A DNA stretch of 64,000 bases from Lepidodermella squamata (lineage: Eukaryota > Animalia > Gastrotricha): the NCBI GenBank assembly GCA_047495785.1, contig JBLDXI010000014.1, forward strand, positions 248,001-312,000, in the 5' to 3' direction. The notes beneath the pieces were generated by a model that was not told the DNA's origin, did not search any database, and saw only the letters and a list, made by a program, of their open reading frames with translations. Below are positions 1 through 12,469 of this stretch, in pieces. Positions within the stretch are counted from its first letter, which is position 1. Every line of letters starts with the position of its first letter. Both the position numbers and the translations under genes were made by a program.

Positions 1-423
1 TATTTAAAAAATCCCAAAATTCAGAAATAAACTAGGAATCTGAGAATACCTAAGGGACCGTAACGTAGGGTAACTTTGAATAAAGCCATATTTTCGGGAG
101 AATAAAACTCAGCTGGCTCGAAATATTCTGAAATTTGATTAAGAATTCGCCCTAGAAATTTGGGTCGAATTTTCAAGAAGATTTTTATTCAAAAATATTC
201 CATCATTAAAAATGAATTAGGGAGTCCCAAAAAATCCAATTTGTTGAATTTTTCTGAAAATCAAATTTTGCTCCAATCACCTCAAATTTCAAGTCAAACG
301 ACGAGTCGATAAATTTTATGAAAAAAACGGGTTCCTAGCGTACAACCCAAAGGGGTTGTTAAATTGCAAACCCTTAAGTGTCTAAGACCGACCGGTTCTG
401 TCCGCAATCAACCCTCGTTACGG
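1..423. mobile_element. possible end of a TA-target DNA transposon/MITE inside an intron of the doublecortin gene
   Basis: AT-rich non-coding stretch ending AACCCTCGTTACGG followed by TA (reverse complement TA-CCGTAACGAGGGTT), resembling Tc1/mariner-pogo termini. A similar TA-CCGTACCGGGGTT start occurs at 63811. The other end lies outside the window. Confidence 0.25.
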
Positions 424-452
424 TATTAAACAAATTTTGTTAGAGTACTCAC

Positions 453-1162
453 GGATTAAAATGACCCGTCGGACTCGTTCAGCCCACGGCGCGTCCTTGC
501 CCCGCATTTTCTCTTCTGCCTTCATGCGATCGAGCTGCCGCAGTTCTTGCTTTCGCTTAATCCGACTCTGAACATCCGGCAATTCAGAGTCACTCGGCTC
601 GTCAGCCAGCAGACCCGTTCGAATGAAGCGGCTGTCCTCTCGAATGTAATCAGGCTGCGGCTTCGACGCCACGAATGGCTGCGGATCGACCTGCATATTG
701 TTAACATCGATCGGCTTTGCACTTTCCGTAGACGACGAACACACGTAACTGCCTTCGTTCGTGATCTGATCTAAATCTTGAATTTGATGCCGACCTAAGC
801 GAATTCGAATAAAATTTTAAACTATCCACCGTAATAATACAGTAAGCCTTACCTCTGGGGGTAAAAATCGCACGAACTCCCCGCGGGAGTTTGACCCGGT
901 CTCCGAGATCGCTCAATAGCGCGGTTATATTATTGTACTTTCGCCGATTTATCGCGACTCGAACAGGCGCGAATCGCTGGTCGCCCTCGCGGTAGAAATA
1001 GGCGAACTTTCCGTTGAATTTATCAGAATCGCGCGGTAAATGAGCAGGTTGATTCTGCTGCCGCGAAACTTGCGGCATCTGGCCGCGATACGGCACTAAA
1101 GCTGAGGTGTTGTTAGCCGCATGGTTGACCATCGGCTGCTGGTAGAAGGTTTCAGCTAGCAT
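453..1162 (-). CDS. doublecortin (DCX) domain protein, 5' part; continues off the left edge
   Basis: Exons 1162-853 and 794-453 (GT-AG intron 852-795) splice to FYREGDQRFAPVRVAINRRKYNNITALLSDLGDRVKLPRGVRAIFTPRGRHQIQDLDQITNEGSYVCSS, a DCX domain. A GTGAGT donor at 452 follows RVRRVILI, probably the start of a second DCX repeat. Confidence 0.85.
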
Positions 1163-1625
1163 GGCCGCTCTCAGGTGTGAACTATCATCGCTTCGAGTCT
1201 AGAAGATACGTCATGCTGGTCGCAATTAATCGTTTTTTGCTGCTGCTGCTATAATCTATCTGTCTCGGTACGATTGGCGCCAATGCAAAAATTGAAAGTA
1301 CTGCGCCTGGTTTGTGCACCTGTCACTCCTTAGCAACGCTATCGATTACGGGCCATCAAACACGCTACTGCCTTAAAAATCGATCGCATCAATTGACAGT
1401 TATGAGCACCACTTATACGCATGACGAAAAAATGATGTTGAATATGATAGGGCTTGAAATATCGGTAATCAAATTTGTTCCAAAATTGCCCTCACTTACC
1501 AACCAAATAAGGCCACTAATGTAAAAATCTTTGTTTATTTGTCAACAACTTCTTATCGTTGCAACGGCTGAAAATTAGATGAGCACGCATGATTTGAGAC
1601 AACCTTTGATTAGATCCAAATTTTG

Positions 1626-2665
1626 CTAGCGTTTCATTTCATTTTCGTCCTCTTCATCGTCTTTTGGTGAAATCAACAAAGCTGCAGAAGTGTACCAAAT
1701 GTAAAACCTGAAGTGTAAATAAACAAAGAAAATAATAGCTAAAAAATAAACCTAAATTTTATGATTACTCTGATCCATTAGAGCTGCATTGCTTCTGGCG
1801 AACCAGAACATGTCCTATTTTCTGCTTCGGCCAATCGTTGACAAAAACGACAGGGCCATCTATGGCACTGCCAGCTGATTTGCCCAGTTTGAATCGAGAG
1901 AGCAACTCAGCGGCTGCTTCGTCCTCCTCTTGCTTCTCGAGTAAGCCGCGAAAGACCTCGGCCGGGTCTTCCCAATCGAACATTATAGTTTTCTGAGGGA
2001 TTTTTTCGGGAATAGCTTCAGCCAAATACCGACGTACCTTAAAAGTCCCATATTATAAAAACAAAATGCAAGCAAGATATTGGCACAAACTGTAATTTCG
2101 ATTTTCTTGCCATCCCGCAACGCATCGCGATAGTAACTTTCGGGGCGGTCAGTTGCTCCTCTCCGGCTACTTTTCCCGTGAAGTTTGACAACAACTTGGG
2201 CTATTACAATGTCAAAATCGCCGCATGTCACGAGTTCGTTGTATAGCTGAGAATCAGCGCCAGTCAATTTCGATGAGTCTACCTTGTTTTCTACGTCAGA
2301 GTAGTCGCCATTCGATAGGAGAATTCCGACTGATTTGTTCTTCCATTTATCCAAATCAAAAAGCTGCCTCACAAGATCGGCTGCGGTGGATTCGGCACTT
2401 TTCGTGACTTTCTTCTTGCCTCTAGGTTTCGCCAGTATGGCATTCAATTTATCGCAGATTTCGCTTCCGTTGCCCTAAAAATAAAGTCTACTTTGAGAAA
2501 CAGTCTTCCACTCGGCCAGATAATAAATACAAATACCTTGCCTGATAATTTACTTTTCGTCGGCTTTTTAGTTGTTACTTCCTTCGATCCACCTTCCTTC
2601 GAGCTGCTGTCCTTGGGGATCTTCGGGAAATATCGTTCCAGCATTTTACAACACTAAGCCGAACC
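1626..2665 (-). CDS. multi-exon hypothetical protein; 5' end unresolved, possibly decayed
   Basis: ORFs 2644-2444, 2447-1983 and 2025-1765 plus a last exon (FYIWYTSAALLISPKDDEEDENEMKR*) join through ~50-60 nt GT-AG introns. The upstream region 2690-3110 looks coding but is broken by stops. Confidence 0.55.
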
Positions 2666-3854
2666 TAAAGCGATTGAAAAAGTTAAACCTATCCAATTTT
2701 AAACGCATTCGTCTGAATGAGAATCGTCTTTGGTAAATAAGACGTTTGAATCGTTAGCGAAATTCGCGATGGCTGGCTCAGATTCTTTGATTGAGTTCTC
2801 AAATGGTAGACCACTTGAAAACCACGTCAAGTTACCGAAGTAATTGAATCGCAGCACAATTGGAATTGTTCAACTGGGCATTTGATCGAGATATTCAGCA
2901 TTCAGCTCGTGAGCATTTCCTTGAAGGTTTTTCGTCTCAACCATCCCTGTCACGTCAGCCTCCGCAAGGGCGAATATTCAGCTTTCAGCAAATCGGAAGC
3001 GATCTTCTCAGGATAGAATTCTTCATCAATCAGTGTTTTTTAGATTTATTGTAGCTTCTTGTTCCGCGAAGGTAATTTTAGAATCTTCTTTATATTCACA
3101 TATTCTTTTCATGATAGCATCTAAACGAAATCATAGCGTTTGATCATTTTTGAATTTTTATTTTCCAAAATTTTGGCTTCCGTATTTTCCATTGTCTTTA
3201 CAAATTTATAGTCAATACAATGCATATATTTTGATATTATATTACTATTATTCAGCTTCTGTTATTCAGTATGCACAACATTTCACGAGGAGCGATAAAA
3301 CAACGAAAAGAAATGATTGATATTATTAATATGCAACCTTGTCGATGACCCAGGGTTCTTTTAAATCACATGGTATAGGTAGTTGAATTCAGCGCACCTC
3401 AAACTTAGATTGGTCAGTCTGCAATAAACATTAACAGCTTTATTTCACATTTTGGTATGACCAATAAACAAAACACAAGACAGCGCGAAAAGGAAGCACG
3501 TTGCGCACGACATTTAGAAAACAAAGTGAGACAAAACCAGCTAATTTCCAATATTTTAACAAATTTCAAGGCGGGCAGCAGTTTTGTGGACGTTTCCACT
3601 AAGTAATTCATCATTTAAGTTACAAATTAAACACAGTATTTTTCATTAAGAAAGCCGGGAAAATTGCTTGTCCTCGTATTTACGCCGACGCCCGCAACTT
3701 GCTTTTATAACAGCAATTGTTTTCAATAAATAATTCTTTCAACACCCAGCTTACTGATCGAAAATGAAGAACAATTACGTTATATAAGAGTGAGAGGGAA
3801 CTATGCGGCCGTAATCACAGAAAGCGCCGTTAAAGTTTCTTCTTGAGTCTAGAC

Positions 3855-5594
3855 CTAGAAGTGGAACTGGAACGTGTAGCCGTTACCGCCGCCGCCGCCG
3901 CCACCACCACCACCGAACGGGTTGAAGCCGTCGCGGAAGAAGAACGGTTGTCCATAATGGCCACCGTGACCCTGGTTCGCCTGTTCTTCGGCAGATAACG
4001 GGTCCTCACCGGCATCGAATCGCCGCCTCATGTCTTCATTGAGTAGAACTTCTTTCGCAGCAGCAATATCGACGAACATCTTTTCGGCGTGTTTCTTCTT
4101 TTCCTCGTCAGCTTTCGCAAATTTGTCCGGATGCCACTCCATAGCCAATTTACGATACGCTTTTTGGATCTCGCGAGTGTTCGCGTTGCGGCGGACTCCT
4201 AGAATTTTGTAGTAATCACGACGGCCAGCTCGCTTTTTCAGCTTCTCGGCGCGTTGCATACCCTCTTGGGCCCGCCGATTGCCTTCGTCGAGCTTCAGTG
4301 CCATTCGGAAGTCATTTGTCGCCTCTTCCCATTCTTCGCCAGTCGCTAAATGGAGCTCGCCCCTGTAAAAAGAATCAAAATATATCAATTAGACAACACT
4401 TTTTAAGATTGAGTAGCCTAATATATTTCCTATGGTTTTGAACACGTACCTGTTCACATAAGCGTTGATGTTGTTGGGATCTTCCTGTATCACTTCGGTG
4501 CAGAACTGCATTGCAGCATGCAGGTCCTGAGCCAGTGATTGTTCCTTGGCGAAACAATTGCACATGGCATCTTTGGCCTGGCGCCGAATAGAGGAAACTT
4601 CAGTTTCCGCTTGCAGCAATTCGTTCGCTTTCGCAATGCAGTCAGCAGCTTTTTCTCTAACGTCGTTGGCCGCATTCATGTCTGCAACAATTTTCGCGAT
4701 TTTCCGGAGCTTTTTGTACAGCTTATGGCATTCCTTGTGATCCTGATCGCGACGAAGGCATTCGCGCGTTTGCTCAAGAGCATCAGCGCTGTCTCCAATA
4801 TCGTACAAGATCCTGGCGATGCGAAGCAAGACGTCCACTTTATCTGGTTGCAGCTTCGACGCAGCAATCAAATCTGAGACTCCACGACGAGCGTTCTCTC
4901 CGCCACTGACTAGTAAAGCGTCCGCACGACGATAGCGCAACTCCAAATACTGTGGCATTTCTTCGACAAGGCGGTTGAGAAGAGATAGAAGATTTGCGAG
5001 TTCTTCACTATCGCGATGCAGTGACTTTAATGCCTGAGGTTCGGTTAGTTGGAAAGCGCGACCAAGTAGAGCGGCTGACTCGCGGGTTTTCTCCGCTAGC
5101 TGAGCGGCCTCTTGGGCGGTTTCGGCTGACTCGTCAGATCTGGCAACTTCTTCGAAATCAGTGAGCGCCTCGTTAGGTTTGCCGATTCTCAACAACGCAT
5201 TCGCACGCTGGAGGCGGGCAGAGCTGAAAGATGGGCGCCGTTCGAGAACAACGTCTAAATCGGTAATGGCCTGTTCGGCACGACCTACAGCCAACAGCGC
5301 AGTGGCACGGTGATAATACGGCAGAAAGTCGGTTGGTCCGCAAAGTGCAACGGCTTGATGAAAATTCGACAGCGCGTCGCTAGGTTGCCCCATAGACAGC
5401 ATACGAATGCCACTAGCCAAGTACTGCTTCATTTGAGCTTCATTTTGCGCAGCATCAGCCATTGTCGCGCCGAAGATTTGAGAAACTACAAAGAAGAATA
5501 GAGGAACCGAGCCGAACAGAGCATTTGCTCCATGCAAGTAGGTTGCAGAACCACCAGGAGCTCGAAAATGAAAATCGGAAATACCGCTACTCAT
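3855..5594 (-). CDS. DNAJC3: DnaJ homolog subfamily C member 3 (P58IPK), TPR repeats + J domain
   Basis: Exons 5594-4450 and 4362-3855. Signal-like N-terminus (FGSVPLFFFVV), TPRs, RECLRRDQDHKEC, J domain RDYYKILGV...WHPDK...FVDIAAAKEVL...FDAGEDPL, C-terminal TFQFHF. Confidence 0.95.
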
Positions 5595-5832
5595 GACAGT
5601 GCGGATTTCTCCAAAAATTATATTCAAATTTAAAATTGACTAATCCTAAGTAAAAAATACAGCGTTGTTAATCGAAAATTCGTATTAAAAACAGTGTCGT
5701 CAGCTGCATGTACGTTTATAAATGCAGATGATACAGACAAAACAGGGATGTTGGTTAAACCAATGATTGAGCGGTATTTATGATCAGCAATAAATTGCCA
5801 CAACACAAACACTAGAGCAACACAACGGTAGG

Positions 5833-6583
5833 TTATTTCTTTGCGAAAGAAATCTTCATTTGATTGGTCGGCGAAATCTTGAAACCCTGTAGAGCATCCT
5901 TTGCAACGGACGCTTGGGCATCGTCGTCGAACTCAATAAAAGCAATGTCATGACGAGCAGGAACCATGCGAACTTCGCGATAGCCAGGAAACTGCTGGAA
6001 CAGCATGGCAAGCATAGTTTCGTTAGTTTCCTCGGGTAAGCCGGTAAGGAAAAGAATCTTGTTTGGAGGTTCGTCCGAGCCTAAGTTTAGTTTGGTAATA
6101 TTAAGAATGAAGTTACGACAAAATCTGAAAATGACTTACGTTGCGCCAGAGCAGGATGAGTACTCGAGGCTTTCTTCGGTTTCTTTTCGACCGGTTTCTT
6201 TTCCTCCTTAGGCCTCTTAGGACGTTCCACGAATTGACCTTTCTGCTTGGCGATCGCGTCACTGTCTTTCTTCGCATACTGAATTCTCTATTAAAAATAC
6301 AATAATTTAACATTGTTAGCATAAATATAACGGCAGAAATTACCATCGGCTTGTCATAGAAGGGAAAGCCTTGCATCGCTCTCAAAGCGCTCGTTGCGCT
6401 AGTGATGTCCTTGAAAATGACGAAAGCTTGCCCCCTCATCTTCAGCGTTTTGAGGGCAACAATGTCCATAATTTGGCCGAATTGCGAGAAAATGGCAAAC
6501 AAAGACTTTTTTAGCTCATTTTTGTTGATCTTCTCATTCAAGTTATTGATGTAGATAGTATGATTGGGCCGAATTTCAGCCAT
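5833..6583 (-). CDS. snf: U1A/U2B'' (SNF-type) snRNP protein, two RRMs
   Basis: [18 protein letters not shown]...[18 protein letters not shown] and C-terminal [16 protein letters not shown]...[14 protein letters not shown]...ISFAKK. Three coding exons (~6583-6344, 6288-6141, ~6081-5833). Confidence 0.95.
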
Positions 6584-7552
6584 GGCAGGTGCAATAATAA
6601 CCTACACATTGAAATAGAAAAAATTATAATGGAGATAGGAGATAGAGAGACAAGTTGCTCGGCACAAGTACACGTGGATTTTAGGCTGAACATCAGCATT
6701 CATTGACGGAAACGTTGAAATTCAAAATCGCGCCACGTCAGCTCACTGGCCGCGCAACTAACAAAAGGTTCAACTTTTTATTTTTCACGTAGCTTTTATT
6801 AAATATCATTAAAATACTTACAATCATGCATTTTAAATGTTTTTGGATTTCGTGAATCTATATTTTATTATTATATTTATTTTGAATCAAGGGTGGCTGG
6901 TGACAAGGGCAGGTTTGACGGGGTCATCGCAGGTCGGAATCGGAAGAAACTCCCGATTCGAGACTCTTGAGTTGCTGCTTGTTGCGTTCAGCGATACATG
7001 TTTCAATTTGGAGATGCCCTATAAGTTAGATGAATGGCAGCACAGCTCTTATTTCGGCTTATTGTATTTTCCATCCAACGTAAGGCTTTTCTATGATGCC
7101 TTTGCGATCCTTGGTTATTATGGTTATTAGGACCCACCTGTTGATTTTCGCACTCGGATCCTTCTAACTCATATTCGGTGCTCGATGCTCGAGTTGTTTT
7201 TGGCATTACTTGAATGCATTTTATACGTCCTGATATATAAATATATTCATAATATTCTGTTATAATATATTGTTGCGTCAAATGTCAATTGTGTCATGTG
7301 ATCATCTGATCGTGCCACAGCGGCGACCCAGGCGACCCAGGCAAATCAAAACCCAAGCATATCGTCAGGTTGCAGGCAATTAGGCATTGGGCTTATAAAT
7401 CCATCAATCCCTAAGAGGTCTGCACAGAATTAGCATCTGGTATCTTTCCTATTATTTATTTTCGTCGTTTTCCAGGGCCCAACTAATCTTCCCCCAAATT
7501 TCTCCGCGAGCATTATCGTACAATTTGTGTCTTTCTAGGGCATTATACAACA

Positions 7553-8894
7553 ATGAACAAGTGTAATGCAGTATTGAGCACCAATATTGCTACAAACATA
7601 AGCCCTGGTGGGGCTCATCAAACACCCAAAGATGATTTACACAAGCCGGGTCCTGGAAAAGTACCTACGACTCGTCCCAGATCGCTTTGCCGATCGTCCG
7701 AAAGTCCATCAGAGAATGATCGCAATCGAAGATCTTCACTTTATTTGTTCAGAAATTCAGTCTATCGAAAAGACTTGTTTTCTGTGACCGACTTTGACAT
7801 AATTTCATCTATCGGCGTCGGCACGTTTGGTGATGTGTTTCTGTGCTCTTTATCTCCAACGTCATCATTTTATCAAGACGCCGCGCCCGAGTTCCGCAAA
7901 GCAGTGTTTGCTCTCAAAGTTATGCCAATCAGACACGTTATTCAAGAGGGCCAAGTCGCTCACGTCAAAAACGAAAGGCGGATTCTCGCCTGCCTTGAAC
8001 ACCCGTTTATCGTGAGGTTATTCTGGTCTGGGCATTCGCCTGCACATCTTTTCCTCTTGATGGAATTCGTTCCTGGAGGTGAATTGTTTTCTTTCATGAA
8101 ACGAGCAATGTATTTCGATGTGAAAACGGCTTGTTTCTACGCCGCTGAGATTGTTAGTGCCTTGGATTACCTACACGCTATCTCCATCGCCTATCGAGAT
8201 TTGAAACCCGAAAACTGCCTGCTGGACGCCGAGGGGCACGTCAAGCTCACTGATTTCGGCTTCGCCAAGCTCATTCGAGATCGCTCTTACACATTATGCG
8301 GTACTCCTGACTATCTAGCCCCCGAACAATTAGCTAGTCATCGCGGGCATTCAGGATCTGTCGATTGGTGGGCACTTGGCATTTTGATTTACGAAATGCT
8401 TACGGGATTTACACCATTTGCTGATACGACTTTCGAAAAAACTTGCGACAATATTCTAGACAAACCTCCCTCGTTTCCGGCATTTATCGACCCCGTTTCA
8501 AAGTGAGCTACCACATGACTTCGCTGCAAATTTTCAATATTTTCTTCATTTCAGGGATCTTATTAGTCGATTACTTATCAAGGATCGGTGTCGGCGGTTG
8601 GGCTGTTTGAAGAATAAGACTGAAGATGTGAAAAAGCACAAATGGTTTGCGGGGTTAGTCAGTTCGTGGAGTGACGTTAGAGCGAGGAAGTTGACTCCGC
8701 CTATCGTGCCTCAACTGGCAAGCCACGCCGATATTTCGAATTACGCGGGTTCTATGATACAAGATTCCTTACGCACCGGTGAAAATACGACGTATTCTAG
8801 CGGCAACAGCACGTCGCGGATCGTCCTCGACCTCGAATCCAGCCCCGGCGGCCCTGTAGCGCCTGAAGAGGCCAATCTCTTCTCGGACTTTTAA
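7553..8894 (+). CDS. PRKX: PRKX/PKA-C3-like AGC Ser/Thr kinase
   Basis: Exons 7553-8502 and 8555-8894 (52-nt intron). GVGTFG, ALK, QVAHVKNERRIL, YRDLKPEN, DFGFAK, TLCGTPDYLAPE, VDWWALG, AGC tail ending FSDF. Confidence 0.85.
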
Positions 8895-10965
8895 TGTACT
8901 GGCTCTTGTGTGCGTGTGTTTGCGCCTGTTTACCAAGCCGTCGGCGAGCACCTGCACAAATTGATATAATATTATCTCCAAGATTGGTTGGTAGTAGGTA
9001 GTATTCATATTAACATCAGCTGTGTGATGAAAGAAACGCCTAAAGAAGGTGCAAAAATGTTTATTCTTTATTTTCAGCGTTCTCTGTTATTATAACGTGT
9101 GCATCTCATTTATTCTTCGCGCATCGTTCGACCAACAAATTGTGTTTTTTTCTGCGGCTCGTTCGCCTAACACGCCTCGGCCGGTGTGTATGCTTTGCGA
9201 AACGCGCCATGGTGCCTCCTCGCACGTTGCGGTGTTATAGGCCGCAGCACCGAAATGGGCAAGCGATACGATATCACCACTACAGCTAAATAAGTCTGGC
9301 GATTGTTTTCTCAACGCGCGTTCCGTCTATAGCCGGATCGTGTTTATGATTTGTTATTATTTACTATCGGCAGCAGTCAATTCAGTAAAAGGTGTTTAGA
9401 GTTTCACATTTGGATTAACGAATCTCACGCGAAACGTTATTAAAATCCTCTTTGTTCTTTCCTTTCTTCTTCTTCTGTTGTTGTTTTTCCTCGCCTTATT
9501 CGGTCATTACTTCGTTGCGTTCTGTTTACGACGAACCCCTTTGATTTTTCTTGAATTCATCTCAACGATTTTGCATTTGATGCTCAGCCTTTAGTCTACC
9601 TAGAAATGATATTTCTTTTGAAATATTCGACGAGTATGGTGCTTTGAAAAGGAACTTGACGGCGGTATTATTGAATTATTTATTGTACTCACAATCATCA
9701 TGACCTTATTTGTGCCAAACTTTTAATACGATGGAAAGATGCATTTAATAAAAATGATCGTGCCTTTCAATCACCGGGGTCTTTTTCTCATATAGCTGTG
9801 AAAATGAAAAAATAATGGCCATCGCACGGAGAAAGCTGTGGGGATGAATAAAGCGGCTAAATTTGCGTTAAAATGAAATGGAAAAAAAGCGTGACTGAAA
9901 TGAACCGGTGCTTAATAGTCGATTATAGCCAATCAGATATAGCTGCTGATATAGTTTATTTGTTTATTTACGAGCCCAAGTCCACAGACGCTCAACAAGT
10001 TTAAAGGAAAATCACTGTTTCGGCAGCGATCGTTCACATATCGTCTCATATGCCGGTTGTCAGAGCAATTGCAATAGTTTACAATATGTACAAAGTTGTA
10101 GAAAAGTAGTGAGCTGAATTCGGAAAGCGGATATTCCAAAACTTGATAGAATACCAAGGAAGTAACAACGACAAGGTGAACGAAGAAAAGTGCGCCGGAG
10201 CGCGTGATTACCGGCGCACACGATGTTGAGTGCGCGCGCACCCGTGTCGGCGCCTAATTAAAATAACCGTCCACCTTAAATGAGAAACACGCGTGTAACC
10301 ACCTCAATTATTTGTCCGCTCCGGACGACTGCGAACGGACAGGAACTAATTGTTAATAAGTTTGCTACCTGTATTATTATTGAACATGCTGTTTTTCTGT
10401 GTTCATACAATGAAAGAAAACTCTCGAGATGTACCCGCGCTTTATTACCGTGATGATGCGAGTGATGCTTTTCATATCTCGCTCGTGGTGATTAATACCA
10501 AGTGCTAGTATTATGCTACGGTGCCATCATGGCATAGATGCCTGTCTTACTACAAGCAAGTAACGCCATCGAGCTAATAATATACATTTACGCATGCGGA
10601 GTGCGAGGCGGGGCCACCTACCTGCGCCTGCCCGCAATATATCAGCGGCCTTTTATGGCGGTCTAGTACCTATAACTAGGCCCGCATGATGCATTGAAAC
10701 GGAACGCGGTGACGAAGAGGTCGCGGCTCGGCAAATAATCGAGTAAAACTACGATTATTGTACGTATACACACGCTTTGACACATGATCTTCCTCGTCAC
10801 CTTTTGTTTTATCATATCCCTTTGTTTTTTTTCTAGACAATTGATAATTCGCTGAGTATTTAATGAGCATCGCTAACCGCAATCCAAACCTCAGCCTAAA
10901 TAAGCTGTTTACCTACTATTTCACGAGGTGAGAAAAAATAACCACTAGTTGAAAGTCACTCAACC

Positions 10966-12054
10966 ATGACCTATTTTTTCAACAGAACAAACCTCTTACT
11001 GATCATCAATGTTTTTTCTACGACGCTTCTCTGCATCGGTTCGACTCAACTTCAACTTGGCCAGCCGAAAGAAGTCGCCCGCCATATTTACAAGACCGTT
11101 GTGAGGTTACAGGCTTCCGGGGCTCATGTCGCTGCGCCCGATGTCATTATGCCGTCAGGCGATGTTACTTACCTTTCATTCAACTCGACCGAACTGTGGC
11201 AAGCATCCGAAAATCTCATTTCAATCGAAATTGTTCGAAAAGCTGGACAACGATCGAAGCATCAACCACGGCTGTGGCTGGCCTCTCCCGGTTCTCGAGG
11301 TGGTCGCGGTTTGATGTGGCGAGCTTGCGAGCTGGTGCTTGACAAGAAGCGACGAAACAGTGCCGGTAAACAGCGTTGGGAATTCATACGATCGAAATCA
11401 GCCGAATGCATTAGACATTTCGCTAAATCTCAGTTGGTATTCGCCGCAATTTCTCCAGTTGTACCTTCGATTTCGGCAAGAAAAGCCAAACTCATGATGA
11501 GTTCCAAGTCCAAGCAAGCTAGGATGAAGAAATCGCCCGTCATGCTTGTTTCGTATTACACGTCGGAAGATCAATCGGTCGCAATGGCGCCAACCGGCGA
11601 TTTCAACCCGTTAAAGCCGTCAAATTCACCCGAAGCTACTGTTTCAACCGAGTTCGCAATCAATTTTATGGCGGGCCGTTCGAATGTTCGGAAAACCCGT
11701 TCGATCGCCAACCGGAAAAGTGAAGATCACGTCGCACCCATTCTGTGCAAACGCACGCCTTTGGTGACTCGTGTCGAAGATGTCGGCCTTCAAGACTACA
11801 TCATCTATCCGCGGCAATTCGACATCGGTCAGTGCGCTGGTATTTGCGCGTTTCCCTTGACGCAAGAAGTCGACCCCCGAACGCACAGCGTGTTACAGCT
11901 GATGCACCACCTCGCGCAACCCGATCGCGTTCCAGCACCCGGCTGCGTTCCCGTTTCTTTCCGGCCCATCAGCGTACTTGTTCAAAGGCCTGATAACTCG
12001 TTGGTCGTCGAAGTTTTTAACGATTTGATTGTACAGTCATGTGGCTGCAGATGA
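10966..12054 (+). CDS. TGF-beta superfamily ligand, divergent BMP/Dpp-like, intronless
   Basis: Signal peptide, prodomain, furin site RKTR, mature domain CKR...IIYPRQFDIGQCAGICAFPL...THSVLQ...PAPGCVP...ISVL...CGCR. Confidence 0.9.
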   Translation: MTYFFNRTNLLLIINVFSTTLLCIGSTQLQLGQPKEVARHIYKTVVRLQASGAHVAAPDVIMPSGDVTYLSFNSTELWQASENLISIEIVRKAGQRSKHQPRLWLASPGSRGGRGLMWRACELVLDKKRRNSAGKQRWEFIRSKSAECIRHFAKSQLVFAAISPVVPSISARKAKLMMSSKSKQARMKKSPVMLVSYYTSEDQSVAMAPTGDFNPLKPSNSPEATVSTEFAINFMAGRSNVRKTRSIANRKSEDHVAPILCKRTPLVTRVEDVGLQDYIIYPRQFDIGQCAGICAFPLTQEVDPRTHSVLQLMHHLAQPDRVPAPGCVPVSFRPISVLVQRPDNSLVVEVFNDLIVQSCGCR

Positions 12055-12309
12055 TTTCGCTTCATAAATTTTACGTGTCTCTCTCGGTGTTTTTCTTTGT
12101 TCTCACATTCCGATTCTCCGCATGAAATTTCAATCGAAGAAATTATTTTTCTGTGAAATAAAACTTGTGATGGCTACCAACTAGACTTCAATTACCGTTG
12201 CAGCTTGATTTTCGTAATAATTCCAGAAAAAATGAAATTCAGCACCGTGTAAAGTACTAATTTTGCGGTTAAGGCTACTGAAGCGTGAGCTTATGATTAC
12301 ACCGCAAAG

Positions 12310-12370
12310 CTGCAAGTGAAGATAAGGTTATCGAGGACGACATCCTATCTATCATTGGACGATAAGCTAA
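12310..12370 (+). promoter_or_regulatory. GATA-motif-rich upstream element duplicated with the kinase genes
   Basis: AAGTGAAGATAAGGTTATCGAGGACGA...CTATC...GATAAG recurs as AAGTGAAGATATGGTATCAAGGACGA...CTATC...TGATAAG at ~14778-14823, upstream of copy 2. Function is inferred. Confidence 0.35.
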
Positions 12371-12469
12371 TGTTCATTCCATAAATAGAACAACCGGAAT
12401 GCTCCACGTAGCAGTCTTTATTCCTAAGCCTAATTTACACTTTTTGGTTTCTGCCAAAAAAGCCAAATA

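Noticed and set aside
6880-7281. Short minus-strand ORF between snf and the PRKX-like gene
   Set aside because: No recognisable motif or convincing exon structure.
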